Shown: in pieces, positions 22,201 to 25,496 of the stretch
How positions within the stretch are numbered: position 1 is the first letter of the stretch
Layout: every line of letters begins with the position of its first letter
Source: Devosia sp.
Lineage (GTDB): Bacteria; Pseudomonadota; Alphaproteobacteria; Rhizobiales; Devosiaceae
Direction of reading: 5' to 3'
Assembly: GCA_041916695.1 (NCBI GenBank)
Contig: JAYRZA010000013.1
Location: 34,990-98,989 of the forward strand
DNA length: 64,000 bases
The notes under the pieces: model-generated
What the model saw: the letters and a program-made list of their open reading frames with translations, nothing else
Databases searched by the model: none
Told to the model about the DNA's origin: nothing
Position numbers and translations under genes: made by a program

Positions 22201-24620
22201 GGTCCATCGACGACGGTTCCCTCGGGCGGGGGTGCGTCGCCCGCCGGGGGAATGCTGTTGGCATAGGCGGTCAGGCGAACGGCGTTCGCGGCGGCGACGC
22301 TGACGGTGCCGTCGCTCTCGACGGCGGTCAGCGAAAGCGCTGCCCCGATAGTACGGTTGACGTCGTTGATGGCCGTTGCCCGGGCAATCTGGTAGCCGGG
22401 CGAATTGGCATTAGGCTCGCCATCGTGGTTGGGCGAGAATGGCAGCGCATAGGCGGTGAAGGCAGACGAATCCGCCGAGCTCAGGGATAGCCCGCCAACT
22501 CCGACGTCGATGGTGCTGCGATCGATGCCAGCGAGGGTGCTCCCGGTCGCGGTGTTCTTCGCCTCGAGGCTTACGGCGCGATAGGCGGTATTGGTTTCGG
22601 CTTCGACCTCCAGCCCGCGCGCGATTACCGTGACGCCGCGGATTTGCGCGGTGGCTGCCTCGCTGAGCGTGTTGCCGGCCGAGCCGACGCTTGCTGACAG
22701 AATCTCGTTGCTGACCCGGCCATAGTTCTGGGCCTGCAGGCGCACGAAACCGTCGGCATCGATTACAGTGGGATGCGCTGCATTGACGGCGCCCGCATTC
22801 GCCGCACCGACCAGGACCTCGGTCGTCCGGTTCACCGACAGGTTCGAATCGAGAGCGGAGAACACCGCGACATTCGCCAGCCCGCCGATCAGGGGCTGGC
22901 TCTCGTCGGTCACGAGGCGGACTTCGACGCGGCTTCTATCCTCTGCCGCGAGCAGCAGGGTACCGCTGGTTCCGTTCTGGACGAGATCGGCGTCGTCGTC
23001 GACTGTCACCTTGGTGGTGTTGGTCGCAACGATGTTGGACTGCATCCGCGAGGCGTCGAAGCTGACGATATTCTTGGCGGCCGCAAACAGGTCCTCAGAA
23101 CTGATGCTGCCTTTGGAGAGCCCGTCGTAGAGCGTCTGCAGGTCGGGAAGGCCGGACGTGTTCACGTCGGCGTCGAAAAGACCCAGGATGGCTGGCAGAG
23201 GCACCTTGTTGAGGGCGATATCGACATCGGCGGCGGTGGTGGCCCTGACGGTGATGTCCGTGCCGGTGATCTTCCCAGTTGACGCGATGGAGACCGTCGA
23301 CGACGTCGTCGGGGAAACGCTGAGCGTGCGCAAGGCCGCATTGGCGTCGCCGCGCATGGTCATCCGGTTGACGGCAAGCGTGTTGAGATTGACCGAGTCG
23401 GCGGTCAGCGAACCCGCGAGCGCGATGCTCGCCGTGGCGGTCGGACTGACGTTGACGCTGCTGGCAGAACCGGAAATCGGGGTATCGGTGAATGCCAGAC
23501 CCTTGAGGTGAATGGAACCGGCCGAAATCACACCGGAGGTACCGATCTCGACGAGCTCTGCACTAAGGCCGAGCGAGCCGTTCAGGCTCAGCGAGGTATT
23601 CGCAACGACCTTGTCGCCGCCGTCCACCATCAGCGAGAACGATGCATGCGATGGCAGTGACGCGATCGTCGTGATGCCGCTGGCCGGACCGAGATAGAGC
23701 CAGACCGGGCTATTTGCGACAGTGTCGTAGTTGGTGGCGTTGATCACGACCCGGAGGTTGCCACCGGAGGCCTGAATGGTGACATCCTGGCCCGCGGCGG
23801 CAGCCGAGCGGTTGACGACCTGGACGCCGGCGCCGACGCTGAACGGCTCCATGTTCTCGAAGGCATAGTGCAGACCGCTGGACAGCGTCACCTGGCCGGA
23901 TCCCCCTGCTCCGAGCGAGGCGGTCGACGCGCTGAGACCGCCGGCATAGGCGACCGTGTCAGTGCCCCCGAGCCCTCCGTCGATGACGCCGGATACCCCA
24001 CCGCTCAGGCCAATGGTGAATGTGTCGGTGTTGCCGTGGCCACCGCGGAGGTTCTCCACATCGGAGAACGTGACGGTGCCGACAGTGCCCGCGTTCAGTC
24101 CACTGACTGTCCAGCTTGCGGCAGAAGAGGAATCGAAGACCACCCGGTCGGAACCGTCGCCACCGTCGAACGATATCGCCGGAAGGACCGTGGCGCCGAA
24201 CGAATCGACGTCGATGGTCAGAGTGTCATTGCCGGCATTGCCGGCAATGGCGATCGAGGTGATGGTGTCGGCGTCGCCGAAAGCCAGCACGCGGCCGCCG
24301 TCTGTCTGATCGATGATCTGGACACGCTTGACGGTTACCGTCTCGGTCTCGGTGCGAACAATGTCGTCGAACAGGCGAACCAGCAACTGGTGCTCGGCAT
24401 CCGGAAGGTCGGTGCTCAGAGAAACGTTGAGGTCGGCGTTGAGCAGCAGGCGTGGCTCGAGGGGATCGAAGATCAGCCTGACCCTGTCCTCGAGCTCGCG
24501 ACGAACCCGCGATCCCCCAGACAGCCTGGAAAGCTGACGACGCAGCGTCGACACGAGCTTCTCGCGGCGCGGTGAGGCGGGGGGGCCGAAAATGCCCTCG
24601 GACTTGAACGGATATGCCAC
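1..24620 (-). CDS. Giant repetitive adhesin/S-layer-like protein with RTX-type (GGxGxD) C-terminal region. Partial: the start is in the window and the 3' end lies beyond the left edge (at least 8,206 codons visible)
   Basis: My translation of the minus strand reads without a stop from GTG at 24620 (GGGGG run 6-10 nt upstream, ...tagGGGGGtgaaaGTG) down to the codon at 3-5. None of the >=60-aa minus-strand ORFs in the track between 1 and 24690 lies in this frame (all end at coordinates = 0 or 1 mod 3; this frame is 2 mod 3), as expected if the frame has no stop. The N-terminus reads VAYPFKSEGIFGPPASPRREKLVSTLRRQLSRLSGGSRVRRELEDRVRLIFDPLEPRLLLNADL. The left end reads ...LLGGSGSDRLTAGDGNNVIIGDNGVTNFEGGDLVALVSAWTE. 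The track omits it because no in-window stop exists. Confidence 0.85.
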   Translation of the reverse strand, partial: MAYPFKSEGIFGPPASPRREKLVSTLRRQLSRLSGGSRVRRELEDRVRLIFDPLEPRLLLNADLNVSLSTDLPDAEHQLLVRLFDDIVRTETETVTVKRVQIIDQTDGGRVLAFGDADTITSIAIAGNAGNDTLTIDVDSFGATVLPAISFDGGDGSDRVVFDSSSAASWTVSGLNAGTVGTVTFSDVENLRGGHGNTDTFTIGLSGGVSGVIDGGLGGTDTVAYAGGLSASTASLGAGGSGQVTLSSGLHYAFENMEPFSVGAGVQVVNRSAAAAGQDVTIQASGGNLRVVINATNYDTVANSPVWLYLGPASGITTIASLPSHASFSLMVDGGDKVVANTSLSLNGSLGLSAELVEIGTSGVISAGSIHLKGLAFTDTPISGSASSVNVSPTATASIALAGSLTADSVNLNTLAVNRMTMRGDANAALRTLSVSPTTSSTVSIASTGKITGTDITVRATTAADVDIALNKVPLPAILGLFDADVNTSGLPDLQTLYDGLSKGSISSEDLFAAAKNIVSFDASRMQSNIVATNTTKVTVDDDADLVQNGTSGTLLLAAEDRSRVEVRLVTDESQPLIGGLANVAVFSALDSNLSVNRTTEVLVGAANAGAVNAAHPTVIDADGFVRLQAQNYGRVSNEILSASVGSAGNTLSEAATAQIRGVTVIARGLEVEAETNTAYRAVSLEAKNTATGSTLAGIDRSTIDVGVGGLSLSSADSSAFTAYALPFSPNHDGEPNANSPGYQIARATAINDVNRTIGAALSLTAVESDGTVSVAAANAVRLTAYANSIPPAGDAPPPEGTVVDGPTVAAGVLVANVLNGGTSATVSGGTVDTLGPSSDLIVTATDDSTLDATIFLNIDGRGVGSPIGLGSATAVSGLAALNIAGFTVTNIAAATFDALLGTDFWTDEHPSDIVASVDDTTLIIGGAVLVSATARGIANTTVSNTSRVDSTGTLGISAKAVSAVLASNQMSRSARATIDGGASNAAKSMLVGGAVDVSASDEQTIQSNVKIVSSAVAASDGGLHAAAREFEQMEADVRLTQGAPTGLTFGAKVGLDYDLWTAGKSETITVDTGDIVLLARGGETGKLYRYAGTGPRTINFDREAASTVFADEDEWEEVLGTPGSVYTYMGPTVSGTVDLAAQDFGDVAFWKAELDYTALLEGTNLRSSSGATMGMSLVFNDIRGGAEAFVRDADLTADSVVVTAESTAYIGALSDVYNEAQGGGPFNQDALLKKAFTGKFMSFLTFVTSGESTGARSAIIATNLIQGQTSASIVDSTVEADTDVTLSATNDARILAESSTTAAATGGGAAAFQIANNTIGWERGNLLFNTLETLLGDIVHNISEPAGQGDVALRHENPFTVEASITDSDIVAGGAVDLSALNTSIITSTIDNEASGSITALFDGLTGVYAAVISGNKISSSAVAAISGGTVDADSVTVDAQNDAEIEAVTGMGVSSELDNTNGVNIADKIIGTVINDYDYTSSSGSALLQFGDKVRIPELEDEDNPLVVYQWMGPDGSLPVDAVDLGTADYSDLGLWKRLTTESLIPPMIIKSGLLAIGMTAKQVMGNATATAGIFDRNTVNSVVTAEISGGAEVTAAGIVEVRAEQTGAIRASDTSTIDSWDANGIISVTNNVQGGAAAFIDDSTVSAGSLDVSAESTSSIEAVALSQAGGSGSVNVVVLAFNAVGYKPLNLLFDAVETLIGTDQVTDAVLEADVGVNTSAYVKDSSVVVGGDILVQAVNAVSIDATNGAEAAMEWENDFAVASEFAAEGKSAAIILASNKVNGSAEAFIDNLGQPSRTIDAGASVEVTASNDSWLSADISVVSTTVPENTLDAVQQLLGNAADRLGLTGYDYTTQSGVRTIKEGDVVRVGLSTASVELDMAGQHLPDEVVDIVRGDLIKSADGKYYRYNGPSSPPDDPDEMPKYQLTAFSEIDLAQLDSLGEAVWVEISASDLANGKAGVLYRYIGNADLGPVNLSGLDYTNENLWQQLQTADFEDLFFPSFGNLFTTNARSIGLAITFNDVRGDATASLANVTVEADGDVLVSADDTAAISSRLASTVDASGGSGINGSGDVVSFNGQIATNVVLGKAAALIDNADITSGSDVEVSAVNDARVDARLYSSGVSGATAYGITLAFNSVGWDAQNLLFNTVDTIIGANYIADDGFGGNVGADASARVTDSTIAAAGALSVTADNIAQVNSTVSNTANTVTAALYGATGASYGILISGNKVSGKAIATIEDNTSAPLNDIVADGVFVAADDASMIYSNVKLVAESSVTNDAGLAVIQETVNDLLDADYDTVPDQNGLKTVNLVFGDRVRLDNGYAAASVDASRGLDPLNVAIVEGDIIQLPPGEDEDSGPKYLYVGTGDYVIADVETEDFDNASLWQLIGGAAGKVYTYMGTAASGLQTDLLTTNFDDTNFWKADPVSSITEQGLNLSTSPSKAVGALVVLNDVRGGADAGITNSEVDGGAGGVSVSASEEAGISATADSAVTANGGSSIDSDAFSPPPPPDGEATEDVLIAINGTIATNLVQSSAIAEIELSRIETTGSVAVTADNTSLVAATTLSTAYTSGGDTVGVTMAFNSVGWQPQNVLFNGIDAILGDDLLADEAFGGRNEARTEAKVTSSTIIADGDLMVSSTNSAAIEAEVSNEATSQSTSISGTDGKALGFLIASNKVASGAYATIDNSAAGTAVIEAGNVSVTADDEGTIVSSGNILALAEIKNDYGISAAANVIKSLLDNYQFTTKSGSQLVRSGDLVFIGDDYAVEEAQGKLYRYSGPDATIDLGGLITQDAAWSVYDVDTIVDFINDNIPSLAGGSATGVGAMAILNLVEGNSIARVSSAELTLTGNLEIAATETGTIEADLVARVEVTGGTTSKSDSIAVNAVIATNNVVGTTSALLEDSAVLSVVDVDVSATNDSSITATLDADTISRQTSVGIVLAFNSVGVQGQNFLFNTADALVGTDLVSTLSGAPPLSASASIEASDITASGALTVEAHSTQLINAEISNYVQTIRAGFDGGNAISVGLVVALNRVNADASATIADSGSIHVTGAITVDADNSADITSVVIQPVISLALNLGSGQSKGISVSLVVSRNVVDADIEASIDNVDDISAASVSISADQSATIDSTAAAAAISAAVTGGGAVGVSGGGVVSFNTIRGNVTATIADSVVAAAAGEVLVHAGNSAQIASTVLAAAISFQGSFSSSATGVAIGAALAFNYIGYAGSILDKGAADPLTTSASIRNATVTGKKVKVESKSEASIDGFVAAAAVAVGASVGNATQVSVGGAAVQNRIAADTTAIIDGGDTPGHSTLTIGDDGLEVGAESDNEVSAKAYAASVAASFSGGNSVDIAVGLGLALNDIKGTTEAKLEDSTVLKATNSTGGTSLTATDDSTISAEAAAVAFSAAVSIGSSVAVSAGGALAFNDIGVDVKSQVIDSTVTSGGAVTVSATETSSISAVIVAASFAAAIGPNNGVAVGFGVSVAENIIGASGGGQSVVLAKISGSDITAAGEVKVRAFSEETISATVVAASIAIGIGGSVGVALGGAGAGTHNAIRIATSAIIDGSTSDVSAGSIRVEAEDRSAITVLTGAAAVAVSIGSVGVSVALGIAIALNEIDSDVTAKVDDASSLNTTAGNVALNAKRNATITAEAYAASLAVGIGLSAGVAVSGAGAAARNSITGDVIASIVDTGVTSFGDTTLKAESTSTISATIGAVAVAVGGGAAGVGVGIGIAVALNRVGDWSGDSDDYQALVDDEDPFDSVAAATGTAKVSATISGSDVTAGGDVKVEAVSAQTITATVVAAAGAVAAGVAGVAVAGAGVYVENLIGVSTLAQVSGVSGDLSTLRATDVKITASDTSIITALAGAAALTAGFGGAGVGVSVGIAVAKNTIANTVAASAAYADIAVTDLVVRPTSGVIPPAATPGTIEIRATSAATIDATAAAAAIAISAGVAGVSVAGGGAVALNMIIGDSNLDDTVGTTTAQASNSILDSGANITVAATSNATIEAEILAVAGSAAFGGVGVAASIGVGIARNYIGYDLSGTYKPLLTEASLRNTKVDSYGNLAISANSTETVTARVIAGSVAVAGGYVGVAVAGAGASTMNRAGVVTRAFIDDDGTQIRAADIEIAANDTMSLTGYAGAASIAGAAGAFGGTLTIAVTEAENAARSSVSAYVDNATNVMVTGDVVKTPDQYIYTTQVQPNPVYHYGTGKISITSSQATTLAATSELASVSVNLSIGPTLAGGGAKSLNSVLTSSDAYIEDSELAVNGDVVVDAVNTITATATNRALTVAAGLFSMAVAGLDAQAAIDARANARIDRTTLGARDVDIHSRVTPSASGSTQAATGGAIGVGVSKANTVVTVSSTAGATGSLLTVEDLAIRAEESRNGDTAYASAEGIVGALIGTDATVTNATHNGTVAALLGLGTVVVAGRTVTVAARGDSKQRALSDSAAYGLVAVGATIANASSLSTTTANIASDVTVWAGDLEVSASGNDDNYGSVSPGAGGLVGIAAGEVDTTANVTSEAAIGSGASILLLRNTAAGLLGRLDLTSEQTTKANTSIQTSAYGAISGSGTESDNVVNASSTARIGDSAEIIAADVSAASVNNFIKDNIGTNMDGTAGGAITVAGIDSVTDLNLTTLTVVENGASVMLNGTSADNGGIDLSAFNNIVFHETVAFKGGGVGSGIGASSTLDAKDVVARVQIGTSPATTDANVLLRSTGEIALRANSAADVRVAVSVDNYGGVTVSVADAVVEVNPTNDIIVGRHATLYALRDVLMLAGMDEDFNYDEYVIRTYADTLAGSLIPIDSLKVDSLLFITNHITLMQTAAVETGGNVMLLADHEALAEIVSQGKTRNWATGASDGLNKLLGGAETYYSHGDSQAESIVHVDGTIRTGLNRFVNIVIEDIIADPPAQPGGAPTNVQIVGTIPTTVNVTLAVATLQSNYRDELEKAYIQRDRYENDATLQAFWNSEIERLARELEFLGLAELQTEPSTGDLIVIPLEKTVLTVVVDPIYAAAGYIYVHADVLEGTGTLDAPGNVTVTIDNQTKAFLEVRGITIPANNGGVFFNGFQNEVSKADTSAEANAAVVAANADNVEAKNDYVDDFGAIEHLYVAGFTNLTITPTTGTAVAARIDIKNTWIRQDVEDPWPGIVVSGEIDAITADVLIDARLGSGDITINAEISSASLEVLTKGFVVIDLPPGSIYESGGSPFSDWRSISTSGGVGDVTSAQAVTDLLDDAPKPGLSANRISINAEYVNLNGALTSGRKDYVLDIGAATINEINTIESKPHALKRYLLTTASTDSFNAFWDAKEKRIVIEEFRVPGGSITITGKLLNTGNGSIEALGGYVHVTVVNRSDWDVLIERIDVTDRGAGTIILNDTAKGTNGGYVQTWYQTNPDGTVTVRTSSWELVTTPSTEPAAVGNRPFSKDYVLVAGSMITNPPTFNGAAAFNEVFSYQPQEGWRYGYTVGQITQTITTTVHTTSKWLGIDAFAADPGPITKGPIVEVIGQPTLIDNSIYYYRDASDVANSTDPAHTYLSWDYALATPRTYTRDLPTVSHWYGTKDYRKEVKVVEKTQENGTHTIEADRPVAIKFTGYDEARVEIDSRGAGDVLVKGGILNDTGLTKISSNSEIKSTNATSVVQGVRIELAARDDIGSDGVIGAATTWGTLQDILPLRIDLVDFYPADFRGAGSIAPTFAVVSASSSNGGVYLREISGDMQIGTVAAARGNVVLVAQSGILAAETSPGVFATGLVTGNSIDLAADRSTSLPNGALGGIGQGAARPLLINSGVLPEHRVSLLAVRDISVRETAGDMRLVFATTLGDVYLKVDAGSLVDADFTVQKDLRVREELLAGLWSDLQLTDGSGAQQKIADTLTGYENWKRQEYQTYWTLKNQFDGTSVHLTAQEVAYYTAFYGGGQAAADAIAALEASRTAQYLDLAADYAGYGEVQRLNIDVAYAQYWAYRTAQPVVMSQFEIEALTQLLTADALAANALLATPLRNELDLFVADYLAANLDAAVIAQETLLGHPLSDAEMAEVEAEVVADALAANSQAATPLVNDLDLLVAAYVAANIDARNADDLELMFGRLNESAIHYDRTIPANAVNSSPTQMKYLFAIGSVASELTSSIKVWTEQELLFAFGSGVMKPVTSTETVIEASNINASSIELITSANIGKVDRELIIDLGNGQTVPNLTDDERVAIAAAERQDIVYASVLRQGIVATFTNVGNHGVITTTGGWAGFGDGDIIYIAGATTNKTEEGRYFTVASVSGDTVHLIDGQTFATEFNRVVDVANVELDPTAVGVTITKIIVSRRDDVDVVTAGLIDATAGGSIYLGTTGGMQLGTIAAGSGEAVRLKAKGALVNGLAGNGINITGSDIVLEAGDAGIGENRAITLSMFAGGSLVARATDDIRLTAPSSDLLVDSIYSRSGDVFLDATLGSILDALGTDSEKIRANFISLSAGGSIGSATDLLEINVTGTYSNDPTDPSTLGTIVANAGGDVALRETEGDMYVRRVASTAGDVYLEAILGSLLDAEYVGVVNPGDPVPPQAGADIIGRSISLYAKTAIGRSNNELEVNSSASGDGKVRAFTDIESIFLVETVGDLNLDQVGTPTVDGANDFRPQAFLVALSGSILNARALNEADQRNIVSRMTYLSASQNVGTSSRRVTTEVGNLEATAQAGNTYILNLGGLIVGDVRASSSGVSAGGKVSVMASSPILIKESSIAHAGDLEFWAEDDNELSGLGDDDLPDDITVLSGVTLEATGQIRLLAGDDLLIEHGAVIDSDVSILMAIDYQATAVLDPDALGGNAELLGTLHAPVITLNGGGQADTVLIDVVALQGNTFVNGGGGDDVVTVDKLPTMNTYQGVIVAGFAKDGQGRELRDELTIDGQDGSDHTIINIEGATSDYVINVVDTGSSLDALDVLTVEGTALADTFLMRSGMIANLREDGAGGYLDAFERINYTSAVNGRVIVEGLGGDDSFYFDDNSAIMTVDGGQGDDFFQVGQLFATSRDAATEGVFAIESVADRFETIPVSFGFLSLGISLPAVLYGGSGEDRFVVYSNHADLRLEGEDDNDEFVIRAFALGDGTKVKLNGGGGDDLIQYNVNAPVDIDGGAGFDKIVVLGTEFADVFVVTKDGVYGAGLTVRMSNAEAMEVDGLEGDDTFYVLSTAADVVTTIIGGLGSDTFNIAGDVTKTVVADNDGSQGAISHTVQSGDLRYNGMFVRGLDLTATGATTGASLDTGDGLSVQEDDPLSIDSYKLTLPDAPAVGASAFVTVSAAQASTLTRSRPGGPGKTVLVSLDGVNFAAAVTVEFTQANYAAGQTIFVKAESDSGEEGKAVVAVSHSVVTTDPAYQGFDIGNVLVTVGDDDKPAVVITESAGNTQVFENGASDSYEVSLSRAPAPGETVTVTLQPGTGLTLSTTELKFGAVAGAGVFKWDDAQTVQVSSVNDGIANRYVSPILHDVSSTGGLYSAVDSELVQVEVIDAATPGVEIIESDGFTSVSQAGQTDTYQMVLTALPTADVRVNIVVDGKAKPVVGGSVLQDASGFYVVFTSANWSTPVTVTLEYDATGSNSTQNQRVFSQQPHDLVSIQGPLFVEGGVGPSDRSITRAVVLPGELNPAVIRDVDTDAEDDLDRLNVFSDTVQADTTGLLTETRITGLNMPGGQLTANLGNNVFKDFDRGITYTNFGVVEVLLGEGNDTFEIDGTLATTLTVVHGGGNRALSGPEIDAGGIVGDRLTVLDSLGPVVLFGDTSANGLRYNSVPLTPDGSAYRFDIYGNDVLDASGAKGIVVVDGGAGVDDLLGGQSTSFMAGGTGDDLITGGVGTNWIIGDSAFDVDYLLRTVIIDDDADTAGADTITGGANIDVIIGDHGIISQEDMLEGVLDMMTFREVVQVKTTNTSVGGDDEIDAKEGRNIVFGGTGADTIKGLGGQDILFGDNGVADFEDGKPTQIESIDPGFGGKDHITTFIGAPVLGNLRNIVVGGSDDDILDVVAGDPGVDPGNAGDVVLGDNGLVMFDDEARVEVIISTFVDNGGKDTITTSAGRNIVIGGSGEDDITSGDEADTLLGDNGAAFFAAGIVIRVESTATNKGARDTIRAGAGKNIVFGGYGGDSITAGTGTSVILGDNGLALYTSDGVRQIVQTMAEADYGDDEIVIVDGDHILLGGSGSDRLTAGDGNNVIIGDNGVTNFEGGDLVALVSAWTE
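1900..3050 (-). other. Three beta-sandwich (Calx-beta/cadherin-like) domain-like segments of the giant ORF
   Basis: Segments such as PAVVITESAGNTQVFENGASDSYEVSLSRAPAPGETVTVTLQPG, PGVEIIESDGFTSVSQAGQTDTYQMVLTALPTADVRVNIVVDG and WSTPVTVTLEYDA. This alternating-strand pattern is typical of Ig-like adhesin domains. The family assignment is by eye only. Confidence 0.45.
3050..4090 (-). repeat. Dispersed GGxGxD(D/T)F calcium-binding-like motifs (spacing about 25-45 aa) inside the giant ORF
   Basis: VNGGGGDDVVTV (4050-4086), IDGQDGSDHTII, EGLGGDDSFYF, VDGGQGDDFFQV, LYGGSGEDRFVV, LNGGGGDDLIQY, IDGGAGFDKIVV, GLEGDDTFYV, IIGGLGSDTFNI (3050-3086). A similar pair sits near the N-terminus (FDGGDGSDRVVF 24135-24170; IDGGLGGTDTVAY 23957-23990). 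Confidence 0.7.
6180..7030 (-). other. Non-repetitive, apparently alpha-helical island within the giant ORF, containing a tandem ~175-nt duplication
   Basis: The sequence is rich in A/L/E/Q/Y/W (QKIADTLTGYENWKRQEYQTYWTLKNQ...YAQYWAYRTAQ...). Two copies are readable: ADALAANALLATPLRNELDLFVADYLAANLDAAV (6557-6656) and ADALAANSQAATPLVNDLDLLVAAYVAANIDARN (6381-6482). Confidence 0.6.
11000..15650 (-). repeat. About two dozen tandem, diverged ~180-200-nt (60-66 aa) Gly/Ala/Val/Ser/Thr-rich coding repeats (beta-helix-like) in the giant ORF
   Basis: A recurrent signature of hydrophobic G/A/V run + N + x + I/V recurs at about 190-nt spacing. Examples: GIGIAVALNRVGD (~13420), GAGAAARNSITGDV (~13600), ALGIAIALNEIDSDV (~13780), GAGAGTHNAIRIATSA (~13960), GFGVSVAENIIG (~14170), GGALAFNDIGVDV (~14340), GLGLALNDIKG (~14540), GGAAVQNRIAADT (~14740), IGAALAFNYIGY (~14960), GGVVSFNTIRGNV (~15150), SLVVSRNVVDADI (~15330), GLVVALNRVNADA (~15520). 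The same pattern runs back to ~11000. Confidence 0.7.
15650..22100 (-). repeat. Six diverged super-modules of 1.08-1.36 kb (about 360-450 aa) in the giant ORF
   Basis: A conserved anchor LAFNSVGW(x)xQNxLFNxxD recurs on the plus strand as ttgaacag...acggagttgaaSgcc at 15751-15795, 16831-16875, 18169-18213, 19531-19575 and 20632-20690, with a degenerate copy at ~21927. Each module also carries one or two G-K-x-Y-R/T-Y-x-G motifs (16282-16304, 17415-17438, 18713-18736, 18882-18905, 21229-21251, 21343-21366), followed by D-F/Y-x-D/N-xx-W. Confidence 0.7.
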
Positions 24621-24734
24621 TTTCACCCCCTACCGACGCTCGCAGCGGAGCGCCCGGTCTCTCAACAGAAAGTCGTCGAACGACTGGCACGGCCCGCCGG
24701 GCTTGCCCGGCGACAGTTGCGCATTGGCGTTGGC

Positions 24735-25496
24735 CTAAGCCGCAGTCTCCTGCCCGGTCACCGGCGCAGCCGCAGCCGCCGTGCCCATTCTCTCGGCAGT
24801 GGCCTGCAGGTTCCGCAACGACTGCAGGTGTAGAAAGATCAGTTCGAGGTCATCGGCGGCGGACAGTGCCGCGAGTTGGTCGGCGGTCAGAGCCTTCAGC
24901 CTGTCCCGACTGACCGCCTCGAAGCCCGAAAGTGTCAGGACCTGTCCGGACCGCAGGGTGAACTGCGCCTGCATCGGCTCGAGCAACGCCAGTTCGCGCA
25001 GTCGTTCGGTCAGCGCGCGGGTTCGGTGGAACTGCACCTGGTAGGCCTGCAGGAAACTCAGGACCCCCTTCAGGTACTGCGTCTGCTCGCCCTCTGCATC
25101 GAAGAGCCGCTCGCCGCGATCTCTCTTGTTCACGCCTTCGAAGGCCTCGTCGACACACAGAGTGAAGTTCTGCCCGTCGGGGCTCGACGAGAACACGAAC
25201 GGATAGCGTCGCAGGAAGGCGGGAATGTACCTGCCCTGCCAGCGGCCCTCGGCGTCGACCAGCAGGTTCTCGCCATCGCGGATTCCGAGCAGAACCGCCG
25301 GGACGACTTCGCCCCCCTGCCCGGCAAAAACGATGGTGAGGTCACTGGCCACCTGCGCGAACTCGGCAGCCATGAGTGGCACAGAGTTGATCCCTGCGGC
25401 GAAGCGAAAGTCGGCGCCCGCCTTCACGGACACCTTTCCGTGCTTCTGCCGTGTGACCGGCACGGCCTTGTCGTAGATCAGAAGTTGCTTGGTCAT
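24735..25496 (-). CDS. SapC family protein
   Basis: MTKQLLIYDKAVPVTRQKHGKVSV...MAAEFAQVASDLTIVFAG...VLLGIRDGENLLVD..GRWQGRYIPAFLRRYPFVF matches the SapC-family signature as I remember it (Ef..a...yPivF....llGl..geNl.v...g.W....yiPa.vRrYPF). I prefer the ATG at 25496 (GGGGAG 4 nt upstream) over the track's GTG at 25517. Confidence 0.75.
   Translation of the reverse strand: MTKQLLIYDKAVPVTRQKHGKVSVKAGADFRFAAGINSVPLMAAEFAQVASDLTIVFAGQGGEVVPAVLLGIRDGENLLVDAEGRWQGRYIPAFLRRYPFVFSSSPDGQNFTLCVDEAFEGVNKRDRGERLFDAEGEQTQYLKGVLSFLQAYQVQFHRTRALTERLRELALLEPMQAQFTLRSGQVLTLSGFEAVSRDRLKALTADQLAALSAADDLELIFLHLQSLRNLQATAERMGTAAAAAPVTGQETAA

Noticed and set aside
132-24575. Many long plus-strand ORFs in the track (for example 132..2207, 2283..4103, 8439..11522 at 1027 aa, 11991..14222, 15468..17795, 20553..21770)
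   Set aside because: They are antisense shadows of the giant minus-strand ORF. Their translations are low-complexity D/G/V/A/R strings. They break frame repeatedly while the minus frame is continuous, and none has a convincing ribosome-binding site.
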